Virus record (IMG/VR): IMGVR_UViG_3300048576_000532
Coordinates: 1 to 36,763 of that record
Source of the DNA: a virus
Taxonomy: Duplodnaviria; Caudoviricetes
Length of the DNA stretch: 36,763 bases
Reading direction: 5' to 3' (one strand)
The first letter of the stretch is position 1, and each line of letters starts with the position of its first letter. Below, in pieces: positions 15,125-23,991 of the stretch. The position numbers and the translations under genes were made by a program. The notes under the pieces are model-generated. The model was not told where the DNA came from, did no database searches, and was given only the letters and a program-made list of their open reading frames with translations.

Positions 15125-17245
15125 ATGGGTGATCTCTTGCAGTTCCCGCATAACCAATCTGCTCCTCCCGGTGCGGACGCAACGCCGGAGTCATCGCCCA
15201 TCACCCATCGCGAGCCCCTGACTGACGAGGAACTGGCGGCCGTGATCGGCGCGGAATGTGACGACGCCGCCAGCTACGTGGACATGGAGATTGGCCCATA
15301 CCGGGCAGAGGCAACTCGCTACTACAACCGCGAGCCGTTTGGTGACGAGGAAGAGGGACAGTCCCAGTACGTCTCCGCCGACGTCGCCGAAGTGGTGGGC
15401 TCGCTCATGCCCGATCTGATGCGTATTTTCTTTGGCCAGGAGCGCATCGTTGAGTATCAGCCGGTGACGATGCAGGACGAGCCCCTGGCCCGCCAGGCGA
15501 CGGAGTACGCGCTCCACGTCATCCGCAAGGATAACCCCGGGTATCTGGTCATGCAGGGCACGTTCAAGGACGCCTTGATTCGCAAGACAGGCGTTGTGAA
15601 GTGCTGGTGGGACGATTCCGTAAAGGTCCAGGTGGACGAAGTGACGGGACTAGATGAACAGTCCGTCGCCCTATTGGCGGAGGAGACCGCGAACGACCCG
15701 GACGTCGAACTGGACCTGCACATGGAGCCGGAGAACGGCAGCATCGGGGGCTCCATTCGGCGGAAGTCACGGCTGGGCCGGTTGCGGCTCAAGTCTTTGC
15801 CGCTCGAAGAATTCCTGATCTGCCGCGACGCCACCAGTGTGGAAACGGCGCGGTACTGTGCGCACCGCACGATTTTGACCGTCTCCGATCTGGTTGCCAT
15901 GGGCGTGGAGTACGATCTGGCGCTTGAAAATGCCGGCGCCACGATGGAGCTACAGACGCAGGAAGCCATCGCCCGTAATCCGCTGGTGCTGTACCGGCCG
16001 GGCGCCTGCGGCGGCGAAGAGGGCGCCATGTCGCCGGTGCTCTACACCGAACACTACATGCTCGTGGACTACGACGGCGACGGTGTGGCGGAATTGCGCC
16101 GCGTCGTGACCATCGGGCCGGGGCGGACGGTTATCAAAAACGAGCCGGCCGACGAACGGCCTTTCGTGATTTTCCAGGTGGACCCCGAGCCGCACCAAGT
16201 CTTCGGCAACTCGGCCGCCGACAAGGTGATGGACATTCAGCAGCTCAAGAGCTCACTTGTCCGTCGGTCGCTCGATTCACTCGCCGCGTGCATTTACCCA
16301 CGCTTGGGCGTCGTGGACGACCAAGTGAACATGAAGGACGTCCTGAACACGAGAATCGGGATGCCCATTCGGATGCGCCAGGCCGGCGCGGTTACGCCCA
16401 TCGTCGTTCCGTACGTCGGGAAAGAGGCGTTTTCGCTCGTCGCGTATTGCGATGAGGTGAAAGAGGATCGGACGGGTGTCTCAAAGGCGGCGGCCGGCCT
16501 GGACGCCGACGCGTTGCAGTCGTCCACAAGGGCCGCGGTCTCGGCGACCGTCGCGGGCCGCAATCGCATGGTCGAGCTGATTGCCCGCAACTTGGCCGAG
16601 ACGGGCATGGTGCCCCTGTTCAAGCTGATTCTGCGGCTGCTGGTGCGGCACCAGCAAAAAGAGCGCCTGATCCGCATTCGCGGCCAGTGGGTGCCCATGT
16701 CGCCGGCCGGTTGGAACGCCGACATGGACGTCACGACGCATGTCGCCATCGGCGCCGGCACGATTGACGAACGCAAGCAGTTCTTGAAAGAGCTGGCGCA
16801 GACGCAATCGGACCTGTTGCAGCGCCTCGGGCCGGGCAATCCGCTGGTCACGTTCACCCAATATCGCGCAACGCTGGCGCGGCTGGTTGAGCTGTCCGGG
16901 TTTGCTAATCCTGATGAGTTCTTCCTGCCCGTCATGAACGAGGAACGCGCCGCGCAGGCCGTTCAGCAGGCATCGCAGCCGGACGCGCAGACGCAGGCGA
17001 CGCAGGCGCTTACGCAGGTACAGACGGAACAGATTCGCGCCGACATCGCGGTAAAACACGCCGAGCTGGAGCTGAAGCGCGAGGAAATGATGCGTAAGTT
17101 CGGCCTGGAAACGCAGAGACTTGAGCAGGACGCGCGGCTCAAAATGGCGGAATTGCAGATGAAGTACAAGCAAGCGGTGGAAGTCGCTGATATCCAGCAG
17201 TCCAGCGCGGGCAATCCGGAGGGGGGAGCGCATTGGACGACGTAA
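15125..17245 (+). CDS. Portal protein (P22-like, long C-terminal barrel)
   Basis: ~700 aa directly after terL; FKDALI.K.G..K motif and Q/A-rich helical C-terminus. Start approximate. Confidence 0.9.
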   Translation: MGDLLQFPHNQSAPPGADATPESSPITHREPLTDEELAAVIGAECDDAASYVDMEIGPYRAEATRYYNREPFGDEEEGQSQYVSADVAEVVGSLMPDLMRIFFGQERIVEYQPVTMQDEPLARQATEYALHVIRKDNPGYLVMQGTFKDALIRKTGVVKCWWDDSVKVQVDEVTGLDEQSVALLAEETANDPDVELDLHMEPENGSIGGSIRRKSRLGRLRLKSLPLEEFLICRDATSVETARYCAHRTILTVSDLVAMGVEYDLALENAGATMELQTQEAIARNPLVLYRPGACGGEEGAMSPVLYTEHYMLVDYDGDGVAELRRVVTIGPGRTVIKNEPADERPFVIFQVDPEPHQVFGNSAADKVMDIQQLKSSLVRRSLDSLAACIYPRLGVVDDQVNMKDVLNTRIGMPIRMRQAGAVTPIVVPYVGKEAFSLVAYCDEVKEDRTGVSKAAAGLDADALQSSTRAAVSATVAGRNRMVELIARNLAETGMVPLFKLILRLLVRHQQKERLIRIRGQWVPMSPAGWNADMDVTTHVAIGAGTIDERKQFLKELAQTQSDLLQRLGPGNPLVTFTQYRATLARLVELSGFANPDEFFLPVMNEERAAQAVQQASQPDAQTQATQALTQVQTEQIRADIAVKHAELELKREEMMRKFGLETQRLEQDARLKMAELQMKYKQAVEVADIQQSSAGNPEGGAHWTT

Positions 17246-17505
17246 GGGGCTGGCGCGAGGACGTGCAGCGCGGCCGGGAGGCCGAGGAGCTGCTGAATTC
17301 GCCGGTTTTTCGGCGCGTGGCCGAGGCGGTGAAGCTGAAGTGCGTTGAAAGGTGGCGCGGGAGCGAGCCGGATGCAGTTTCAGTGCGCGAGAGCGCCTAC
17401 GCGGTCTGCAAGGCCATTGACACCTTTCTGGACGGGTTTCACGCGGAGATTTCACGCGGCGAGATGGCCGCGGCGCAACTGAAACGGAGAAAACTGGATG
17501 CTTAA
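17233..17505 (+). CDS. Conserved small protein between portal and scaffold
   Basis: RG.EA..LL.SP.F motif, syntenic position, GGAG RBS. Confidence 0.75.
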   Translation: MDDVRGWREDVQRGREAEELLNSPVFRRVAEAVKLKCVERWRGSEPDAVSVRESAYAVCKAIDTFLDGFHAEISRGEMAAAQLKRRKLDA

Positions 17506-18436
17506 AGACCAAGTGGGGGCCGACCCCGCAGTCGGCGCATCTGCCGATGATTTTGAGGCGCTGCTGAGCGACGGCGCCGACGTCGAACCGGAAAGCGGCG
17601 AAGCCGAACCGGAGGCGGACGAAGAGGACACGCCTTCTGATGAAGACGCGTCCGAGGATGCCGGGGACCAGGAAGAGGGGGACGACGAGCCCGCGCCGGA
17701 GACTTCCTACACCGTGAAGGTGGCAGGGGAGACTCGCAAGGTGCCCTTGTCCGAACTGCTGGCCGGCTATCAGCGGAACGCTGACTACACACAGAAGACT
17801 CAGCGGCTCGCGGAGGAGCGCAAGGCTCACGACGCAGAAGCCGCTGCAACCAGAAGCGAGCGAGAACGCTACTCCCAGGTGCTTCAGGGGCTTGAGGCGC
17901 GAATGCGCCAGATGACCCCGGAGCCGAACTGGGATCAACTGCGGGCAACCGACCCGGTGGGCTTTGCAATGCAGTGGGCGGACTATCAGCGACGCCAGGG
18001 CGAAGTGGCGGCCGTGCAGGCCGAACAGCGCCGTATTGCGGAGCTGAATGATGCGGACCGGCAGAAGCAAGTGGCTGCGCTTTCGACGCAGGAACACGCC
18101 AAGCTGCTGGAAGTGCTCCCCCGCTGGAAAGACCCCAAAGTCGCATCGGCCGAGCGGCGGGCGTTGGTGGAGTACGGGCTATCGCAGGGCTTTGACGCTG
18201 ACGAACTGGCCGGCGTGCTCGACCATCGCGCGGTGAACATGCTGTGGAAGGCCCACCAGTATGACCGGATCAAGGCCCGCCAGGGTGACATCCGGCGCCA
18301 GGTGGCGGAGTCTCCCACGGTTGCGGCACCGCCGAGTACGCCGGCACGCCGGAACAGGGTCACGCAGGCGAAAACGCGACTCGCTCAGACCGGCAGCGTC
18401 CGAGACGCTGCGGCGGTGTTTGAGGGAATGATGTAA
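17498..18436 (+). CDS. Capsid scaffolding protein
   Basis: Acidic N-terminus, YTVKV.GE...V.L.EL..GYQR..DYT.KTQ.LA motif, C-terminal TGS..DAA. Confidence 0.88.
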   Translation: MLKDQVGADPAVGASADDFEALLSDGADVEPESGEAEPEADEEDTPSDEDASEDAGDQEEGDDEPAPETSYTVKVAGETRKVPLSELLAGYQRNADYTQKTQRLAEERKAHDAEAAATRSERERYSQVLQGLEARMRQMTPEPNWDQLRATDPVGFAMQWADYQRRQGEVAAVQAEQRRIAELNDADRQKQVAALSTQEHAKLLEVLPRWKDPKVASAERRALVEYGLSQGFDADELAGVLDHRAVNMLWKAHQYDRIKARQGDIRRQVAESPTVAAPPSTPARRNRVTQAKTRLAQTGSVRDAAAVFEGMM

Positions 18437-19405
18437 ATGGCCATTAAAACCGGCACTCTGACGACTTTCGCGGCAAAGGGCATCCGTGAGGATCTTTCCG
18501 ATACGATCTATCGGATTTCCCCGGAGGACACGCCGTTCATTTCCAACATTGGCAAAACCGAGGCCAATGCCACGTTCACGGAATGGCAGACGGACGCGCT
18601 CGACGCGCCGGACACCACCAACGCCCAGCTCGAAGGCGACGACACGGACAGCGTGGGTTACCAGACGGTTACGCCCACGGTCCGCCTGGGGAATTACTGC
18701 CAGATTTCCCGCAAGTCCGTCGTCGTGTCGGGCACGCACGAAAAGGTGAACAAGGCGGGCCGGAAAAAGGAAATGGCCTACCAGTTGGCCAAGCGCTCCG
18801 CCGAGCTGAAGCGGGACATGGAGGCCATCGCCCTAGCCAATCAGGCGGCCGTCGCCGGCAACGCGACCACGGCGCGCAAAACGGCGTCCTTTACCACGTT
18901 TCTGGTGACGAATACGGACCTGGGCGCAAGCGGCGCCAACGTCACGTATACGACCACTCCCCTTGCGGCCCGCACGGACGGGACGGCGCGAGCGTTCACG
19001 GAGGCGATTCTCAAAGGCGTTGCACAGAAGGTGTGGGCCGCTGGCGGTGATCCGAAGCTGCTCATGGTCGGGCCGGTCAACAAAATGAAGGCGAGCGCCT
19101 TCACCGGCATTGCCCAGATTCGCCATGAGGTCGGCGGCGCGAAGGCGGCGCAGATCATTGGCGCGGCCGACGTCTACGTGTCGGACTTCGGGAACATCAG
19201 TATCGTTCCCAACCGCTTCCAGCGCGAGCGTGACGGCCTGGTGGTGGACCCGCAGTACGCGTCGATTGCGTATCTGCGGCCGTTCCAGACCGTTGACCTG
19301 GCGCAGACCGGGGACGCGCAGAAAAAGCTGCTGCTCGTCGAGTGGGCGCTGCGTGTCCACGCCGAGGGCGCGCACGGCATCGCGGCCGACTTGCTGACCA
19401 GCTAG
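18437..19405 (+). CDS. Major capsid protein (DUF5309/SU10-like)
   Basis: GIREDLSD.IY.ISPEDTPF, EWQTD.L, N.CQI, ELKRD.E motifs; TAAATG coupling to the scaffold gene. Confidence 0.92.
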   Translation: MAIKTGTLTTFAAKGIREDLSDTIYRISPEDTPFISNIGKTEANATFTEWQTDALDAPDTTNAQLEGDDTDSVGYQTVTPTVRLGNYCQISRKSVVVSGTHEKVNKAGRKKEMAYQLAKRSAELKRDMEAIALANQAAVAGNATTARKTASFTTFLVTNTDLGASGANVTYTTTPLAARTDGTARAFTEAILKGVAQKVWAAGGDPKLLMVGPVNKMKASAFTGIAQIRHEVGGAKAAQIIGAADVYVSDFGNISIVPNRFQRERDGLVVDPQYASIAYLRPFQTVDLAQTGDAQKKLLLVEWALRVHAEGAHGIAADLLTS

Positions 19406-19470
19406 TCGGTGGCTGAGTGACCAGCGGGCGGCGTGGCCAGGGCTGCGCCGCTCGGCAATCAGGAGGAGAC

Positions 19471-19779
19471 GTGGGCGAAGTTCTCGAACACGTGCCCGAG
19501 ACGGGCACGACGCGATATTTCCACTACGACGATACGGACGACTCTTTCACGATTGAGACCGTCCAGGACGTCGGCGAACTGGTTGAGGACAATAAGGCGC
19601 AGTTCAACGAATACACGTCCCTGGACCGCATGGGCGAGGGCCGCCGCGTGGCGTCCATTCCGATGAACGTCTATTGGGACTTGAAACAGCGGGGCATCGT
19701 GGACGACCCGGCGGCGTTCAAGCGGTGGCTGAACGACCCGGATAACAGGTTCTTTCGTACCTCGCCGGGGACGCTCTGA
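19471..19779 (+). CDS. Conserved hypothetical protein following the capsid gene
   Basis: AGGAGG RBS and GTG start; VASIP and WLNDPDN..FRT motifs. Confidence 0.8.
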   Translation: MGEVLEHVPETGTTRYFHYDDTDDSFTIETVQDVGELVEDNKAQFNEYTSLDRMGEGRRVASIPMNVYWDLKQRGIVDDPAAFKRWLNDPDNRFFRTSPGTL

Positions 19780-20384
19780 TGGACTACGGCACGCTGAAGG
19801 CGCATGTGGCGGCGTGGTTGAACCGCACCGACTTGACGAGCCAGGTGCCCGTTTTCATCGCCCTGGCCGAGCTCGACGTGAACCGCAAGGTGCGCGCGCC
19901 GGAAATGATGACCAAGCTGACGCAGGCCATCTCGTTATGGGCCACACTGCCGGTGGACTGCCTGGAAATTGCGAGCTTGGCGCTTCCGGCCAGCGGATAC
20001 GCGCCCGTGAGCATCACATCGCAGGCCGAGCTCGACAGGCGCCGGGCGGAAAAGCTGAGCGCGGGCGGCATTCCGGCATGGGCGGCCGTGATTGGTCGGG
20101 GCCTTGAATTTGACGCGGACCCGGAGTCTTCGACTCAACTGTTGGGCCGATATTACGCCCGAATTCCAGCTATGTCGGACGCTTCGCCGTCCAATGTTCT
20201 GCTGGACGCACACTGGGACTTGTATTTATACGGCGCGCTCATGCACGCAGCGCCGTACCTGGAAGATGATGGCCGGTTGCAGGTGTGGGCGACGGGATAC
20301 CAGCGCGCGATGGACGGGATAGCGGCCAATGCTGAGTCGCTGGAAGCGGCGCCGGAGCTGAACGTGAAGCGGTGGAGTTTCTGA
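19779..20384 (+). CDS. Head-to-tail adaptor protein
   Basis: Y..LK..VA.WLNR.DL...P.FI.LAE and DLYLYGAL..AAPYL.DD.R...W motifs. Confidence 0.85.
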   Translation: MDYGTLKAHVAAWLNRTDLTSQVPVFIALAELDVNRKVRAPEMMTKLTQAISLWATLPVDCLEIASLALPASGYAPVSITSQAELDRRRAEKLSAGGIPAWAAVIGRGLEFDADPESSTQLLGRYYARIPAMSDASPSNVLLDAHWDLYLYGALMHAAPYLEDDGRLQVWATGYQRAMDGIAANAESLEAAPELNVKRWSF

Positions 20385-20385
20385 C

Positions 20386-21051
20386 GTGGCGGACACACAA
20401 ACAACGAACCTCGCGCTCGTCAAGCCTGAAGTCGGCAGCTCGGCCGATACCTGGGGTGACAAGCTCAATGCCGACCTGGACGTGGTGGACGGTCTCTTTG
20501 ACACGGGCCCCGTTCTGAGGCTGGCGAAGGGCGGCACGGGCGCGGCCGATCAGGCGACAGCGCGAACGAATCTCGGACTCGGAACGATGGCCGTGCAGGA
20601 CGCCGCGGCGGTGAGTGTGGGCACGCTGGCGGCCTCCGGTGCTGTGACAGCGGCGGGCAATATTGGCGCCGGTGTGACCGCGCCCGCGTACCCGGTGGAC
20701 TCGGCCGGCGCCATCCGGTCGCGAGCGGGGGGCTTTATATTCCCCGACGGTTCCACGCAGGCGTCGGCGGCTGTCGGCGCGTCCAATGCGTACACGGATC
20801 GGGCGGCGAGCTACACGGCCGTGTCGGGCTCCCGTGCCCGGCTGACGGCGAACAACGTGACGGTGACCCTCCCCGCGTCTCCGGCAGATGGCGACGTCGT
20901 CTCATTCGCCGGCTTGGTTACAGGATGCGTGCTGGCACGCAACGGCAAAACTATCGGCGGTGTGGCGGAGGACTTGGCGCTCGACGTGGCGCCCTTTTTC
21001 TTCGTGACGCTGGTGTACTCGTCGGCCGCGTCTGGCTGGCTGATTTCATAG
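20386..21051 (+). CDS. Tail fibre / tail spike anchor protein
   Basis: T.NL.LVKPEVG.S.DTWG..LN N-terminus, GGTGA.....ARTNLGLG repeat motif, TVTLPASP domain. Confidence 0.75.
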   Translation: MADTQTTNLALVKPEVGSSADTWGDKLNADLDVVDGLFDTGPVLRLAKGGTGAADQATARTNLGLGTMAVQDAAAVSVGTLAASGAVTAAGNIGAGVTAPAYPVDSAGAIRSRAGGFIFPDGSTQASAAVGASNAYTDRAASYTAVSGSRARLTANNVTVTLPASPADGDVVSFAGLVTGCVLARNGKTIGGVAEDLALDVAPFFFVTLVYSSAASGWLIS

Positions 21052-21059
21052 GAGTAACG

Positions 21060-21668
21060 ATGCTGCTGAGTACGTTCATGAATGGCGTTTCCCGCGTGCA
21101 GGCGTTCACAGCGAATGGCACGTTTATCGCTCCCGCGGGGGTTAGCCTGGTGTGGGTTTTCCTGGTTGGTGGCGGGGGTGGCGGTGGTGGCGGCACGTAC
21201 GCGGGCGGCGGTGGTGGGGGCCAAGTCGTGCTCGTGCCCGCGTTCGTGACGCCTGGAGCGGGGTACAGCGTAGTTATCGGTGCTGGCGGCGCCGGGGGCA
21301 CGGTCACCGCCGGCACGGCCGGAGGAGCGTCTACGTTTGGGACCAAGGCCCGCGCCGGTGGTGGCGGCGGGGGTGCAGTCGACGGGGGCACCGCGTCGGC
21401 CGCGACGGGTGGGGCGGGCGGCGGCGGCGGGGGGTGCCTGGCGACTGGCGGCGCAAACGGCGGTGCCGGGGCGGTGACTGGTGGGGGGAGTGCTTTCGCG
21501 GCGGGCGGGGCGTACGCGGGCAGTTGCGGGGGTGGTGGCGCGGCATACGGCGCCGGCGCCGCAGGTGCTACTGCGGCGGTGGCGAACTCGGGCGCGGGGG
21601 GCGGGGGAACCAGCGGCGGCGCGGGTGGCGGCACCGGCGGCTCCGGTTACTGCGTCGTGATGTATTAG
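21060..21668 (+). CDS. Glycine-rich tail/receptor-binding accessory protein
   Basis: FT.NGTF..P.GV..V.V.LVGGGGGG...GSG..VV.Y pattern; AGGAG RBS. Confidence 0.8.
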   Translation: MLLSTFMNGVSRVQAFTANGTFIAPAGVSLVWVFLVGGGGGGGGGTYAGGGGGGQVVLVPAFVTPGAGYSVVIGAGGAGGTVTAGTAGGASTFGTKARAGGGGGGAVDGGTASAATGGAGGGGGGCLATGGANGGAGAVTGGGSAFAAGGAYAGSCGGGGAAYGAGAAGATAAVANSGAGGGGTSGGAGGGTGGSGYCVVMY

Positions 21669-21671
21669 GCC

Positions 21672-23144
21672 ATGCGGTTACGCCTTGATCTTCAGCCGGG
21701 CGTGGTCAGCGGGGGAGCGCCGTCAAGCGGCATCGGCCGCTTCACGAAGTCCAATCTCGTCCGCTGGGTCGGAAACTCTATCCTCCCAATCGGCGGCTGG
21801 GCAAAGGCTTGCGCCACGCAAGTGGATGGCAAGGCCCGCGCCGCGATCGCCTGGCGGCAGAACGATTACACGCTGCGCACGGCCATAGGCACGCACAAAA
21901 AGCTCTACATCCTTTACGGCGGTAGCCTTTTCGACGTCACGCCGGCGGGGTTTGTCACGGGCCGCCCGGACTCCGTGGCGGGCTTCGGCTACTCCTACGC
22001 TGCATACGGCCGCTCGGCCTTCGGGGGCTCGGGTGTGCCGGGCGAAGTCGTGGATGCCTCGGTTTGGTCACTGGACACGTGGGGCGAGCAACTTGTCGGG
22101 TGCTCGGCGGCGGATGGCCGTCTTTGGGCGTGGAAGAACGACCTTACGCAGCCCGCGGTTCAGATTCCGAATAGCCCGACCGGATGCGCGGGGCTCATGG
22201 TGACGCCTGAACGGCACCTAATTGCAATCGGGCCCGGCGGCGACAAGTACGCGATTCAGTGGTGCAACAGCGAGGACTACACCACCTGGGTGGCAGCGGA
22301 CACAAACTCCGCCGGTGGTCTTCGGCTGAACTCGCACACGCCCATCGTAAACCTCATTCGCACTCGCGGTGAGACGCTACTCTTTACAGGCGATGAGGTT
22401 TTCACGCTCGACTATAAGGGCTATCCGTACATCTACGGCACCACTCGCATCGCCGGAGGCTGTGGCATCGCCGGGCCGAACGCGGCCACGGCGCTGGAGA
22501 TAGGCGTGCCATGGATGGCGCGCTCGGGCTTCTTCATCTACGACGGCAGCACGCAGGCGATTAAGTGTGACATTGCGGACGACATCGTAGCCGCAGTGAA
22601 TTGGACGCAGCGCCAGAAAATCGTCGCTGCGCCTATGTCCCGATTCGGTGAGGTCTGGTGGTTGTACCCGTCCACGAACAGCACCGAAATTGATAGCTAC
22701 GCGGCCTGGAACACGCGAACGGGCATCTGGTCGGTGGGCAAGTTGACGCGGACGGCGTGGTCTGACGCGGGCATTCTGCGGCGCGCCATGGGCGTGGACG
22801 CGGATGGCACGGTGTACGACCACGAGCAGGGCTGGACCGCCGACGGCGCATCCATCGGACGCACCCGAATGGTGCGGACGGGGCCCGTGTGCGTTAACAA
22901 CGGGTCCACGGTGATGGCCGTGCGGCGCCTGGAGTCGGACGCCACAACGCCGATTGAGGCGACGTTCTACGCCCGGGATAAGCTGGCCGACGCGCCAACC
23001 GTCTACGGGCCGTACACGGGCGCGGGCCGCCTGGACGTTCGATTTACCGCCCGGTTCGTGGACGTTGAAATTCGCTTCCTGGAAGACGCCGATTGGCGCG
23101 CGGGGGTGTTTGAGCTGGACGTGGTGGCCGGGGGAGGCCGATGA
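21672..23144 (+). CDS. Tail nozzle / packaged-DNA stabilisation protein
   Basis: NLVRW..PIGGW and WSLDTWGE.L motifs, beta-propeller-like composition, position after the adaptor and fibre genes. Confidence 0.8.
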   Translation: MRLRLDLQPGVVSGGAPSSGIGRFTKSNLVRWVGNSILPIGGWAKACATQVDGKARAAIAWRQNDYTLRTAIGTHKKLYILYGGSLFDVTPAGFVTGRPDSVAGFGYSYAAYGRSAFGGSGVPGEVVDASVWSLDTWGEQLVGCSAADGRLWAWKNDLTQPAVQIPNSPTGCAGLMVTPERHLIAIGPGGDKYAIQWCNSEDYTTWVAADTNSAGGLRLNSHTPIVNLIRTRGETLLFTGDEVFTLDYKGYPYIYGTTRIAGGCGIAGPNAATALEIGVPWMARSGFFIYDGSTQAIKCDIADDIVAAVNWTQRQKIVAAPMSRFGEVWWLYPSTNSTEIDSYAAWNTRTGIWSVGKLTRTAWSDAGILRRAMGVDADGTVYDHEQGWTADGASIGRTRMVRTGPVCVNNGSTVMAVRRLESDATTPIEATFYARDKLADAPTVYGPYTGAGRLDVRFTARFVDVEIRFLEDADWRAGVFELDVVAGGGR

Positions 23145-23587
23145 ATCTGCCAAAGGCTCCCGAGCGGTACGATGCCGCCGTGGAGCGTCAGCGAAACCGG
23201 GTTATCGAGCAGGCGGATGACAGGAACCTGAAGCGCGGTTCGGATGTCGAGGTCGGCACCGGGAGGCTCATTCTTGCGTCGCCGGCGGGCAAGCGGTACG
23301 CGGTAGCCGTGTCGGACGCGGGCCGGTTGCTCACGCAGAGCGCCGTCGACCAGACGTCCCCCGTGCAGCCGAACGTCGTCCTATCGACGGTGCATTTCAC
23401 CGCGGCCACGACTGTCACGTTCGCGGACGCGGGCACACCCGTTCCGATGGTGACGTGCCGTGATGCCGTCGGGAACGCGCTGGTTCCGCAGATCGTTGTG
23501 GCGCAGTCGTCGCCCTTTCGGGTGACCGCTACGTTCGGCGCGCCGACGTCTGGTACTCTCGGCGTGTACTCGGTCCTGCCGCTATGA
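23141..23587 (+). CDS. Virion-associated hypothetical protein
   Basis: ATGA coupling; RLIL.SP.G.RY...V...G.L motif. Confidence 0.7.
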   Translation: MNLPKAPERYDAAVERQRNRVIEQADDRNLKRGSDVEVGTGRLILASPAGKRYAVAVSDAGRLLTQSAVDQTSPVQPNVVLSTVHFTAATTVTFADAGTPVPMVTCRDAVGNALVPQIVVAQSSPFRVTATFGAPTSGTLGVYSVLPL

Positions 23588-23991
23588 CACTGGAGCAAGG
23601 CGCCCGCGCAGGCCGGGCTATGGCGCGCTTCTATTCCGGCCTGTCCAGGCTGCTGGCCATATCGGGGACGCACACAGTAACGGACGTGCTCGATGGCATC
23701 CTGGCCGGGCAGTTTGTCCTGTTCGATGCGCCAGATGCGCTGGTAATTGCCACGGTGCTTGAATACCCGCGATGCCGGGACGCCTTTGTGTTTGCGGCCG
23801 TCGGCTGTCTGGCGGGCGTCGAATCGTTAATGCCTGAGCTGAGAGTGTGGGCCGTCGCGCAGGGTTGCCGGCGGGTGGTTTGGCACGGCCGGAAGGGCTG
23901 GGCGCGCACTTTCGCGGCGAAACTTGGGGCGGCCCCAAAATGGACGGTGATGGAGGTGGAACTTGGGCGGCACGAAGACGACCACAAATAG
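23584..23991 (+). CDS. GNAT-fold-like virion assembly protein
   Basis: EYP, WA..QGC......GRKGW.R motifs typical of the gene before podovirus ejection proteins. Confidence 0.7.
   Translation: MTLEQGARAGRAMARFYSGLSRLLAISGTHTVTDVLDGILAGQFVLFDAPDALVIATVLEYPRCRDAFVFAAVGCLAGVESLMPELRVWAVAQGCRRVVWHGRKGWARTFAAKLGAAPKWTVMEVELGRHEDDHK

Noticed and set aside
13568-18097. Long antisense ORFs (13568-15157, 16481-18097) and similar ones at 1712-2737, 23618-24937, 26403-27368
   Set aside because: They are shadows of well-supported genes, caused by stop-codon scarcity in GC-rich DNA, and show no motifs.
20951-21634. Proline-rich minus-strand ORF
   Set aside because: It is the antisense shadow of the glycine-rich gene (GGN codons read as Pro/Ala/Thr).
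20386-21668. Diversity-generating retroelement or invertible tail-fibre cassette
   Set aside because: No reverse transcriptase, invertase, template/variable repeat pair or flanking inverted sites seen.
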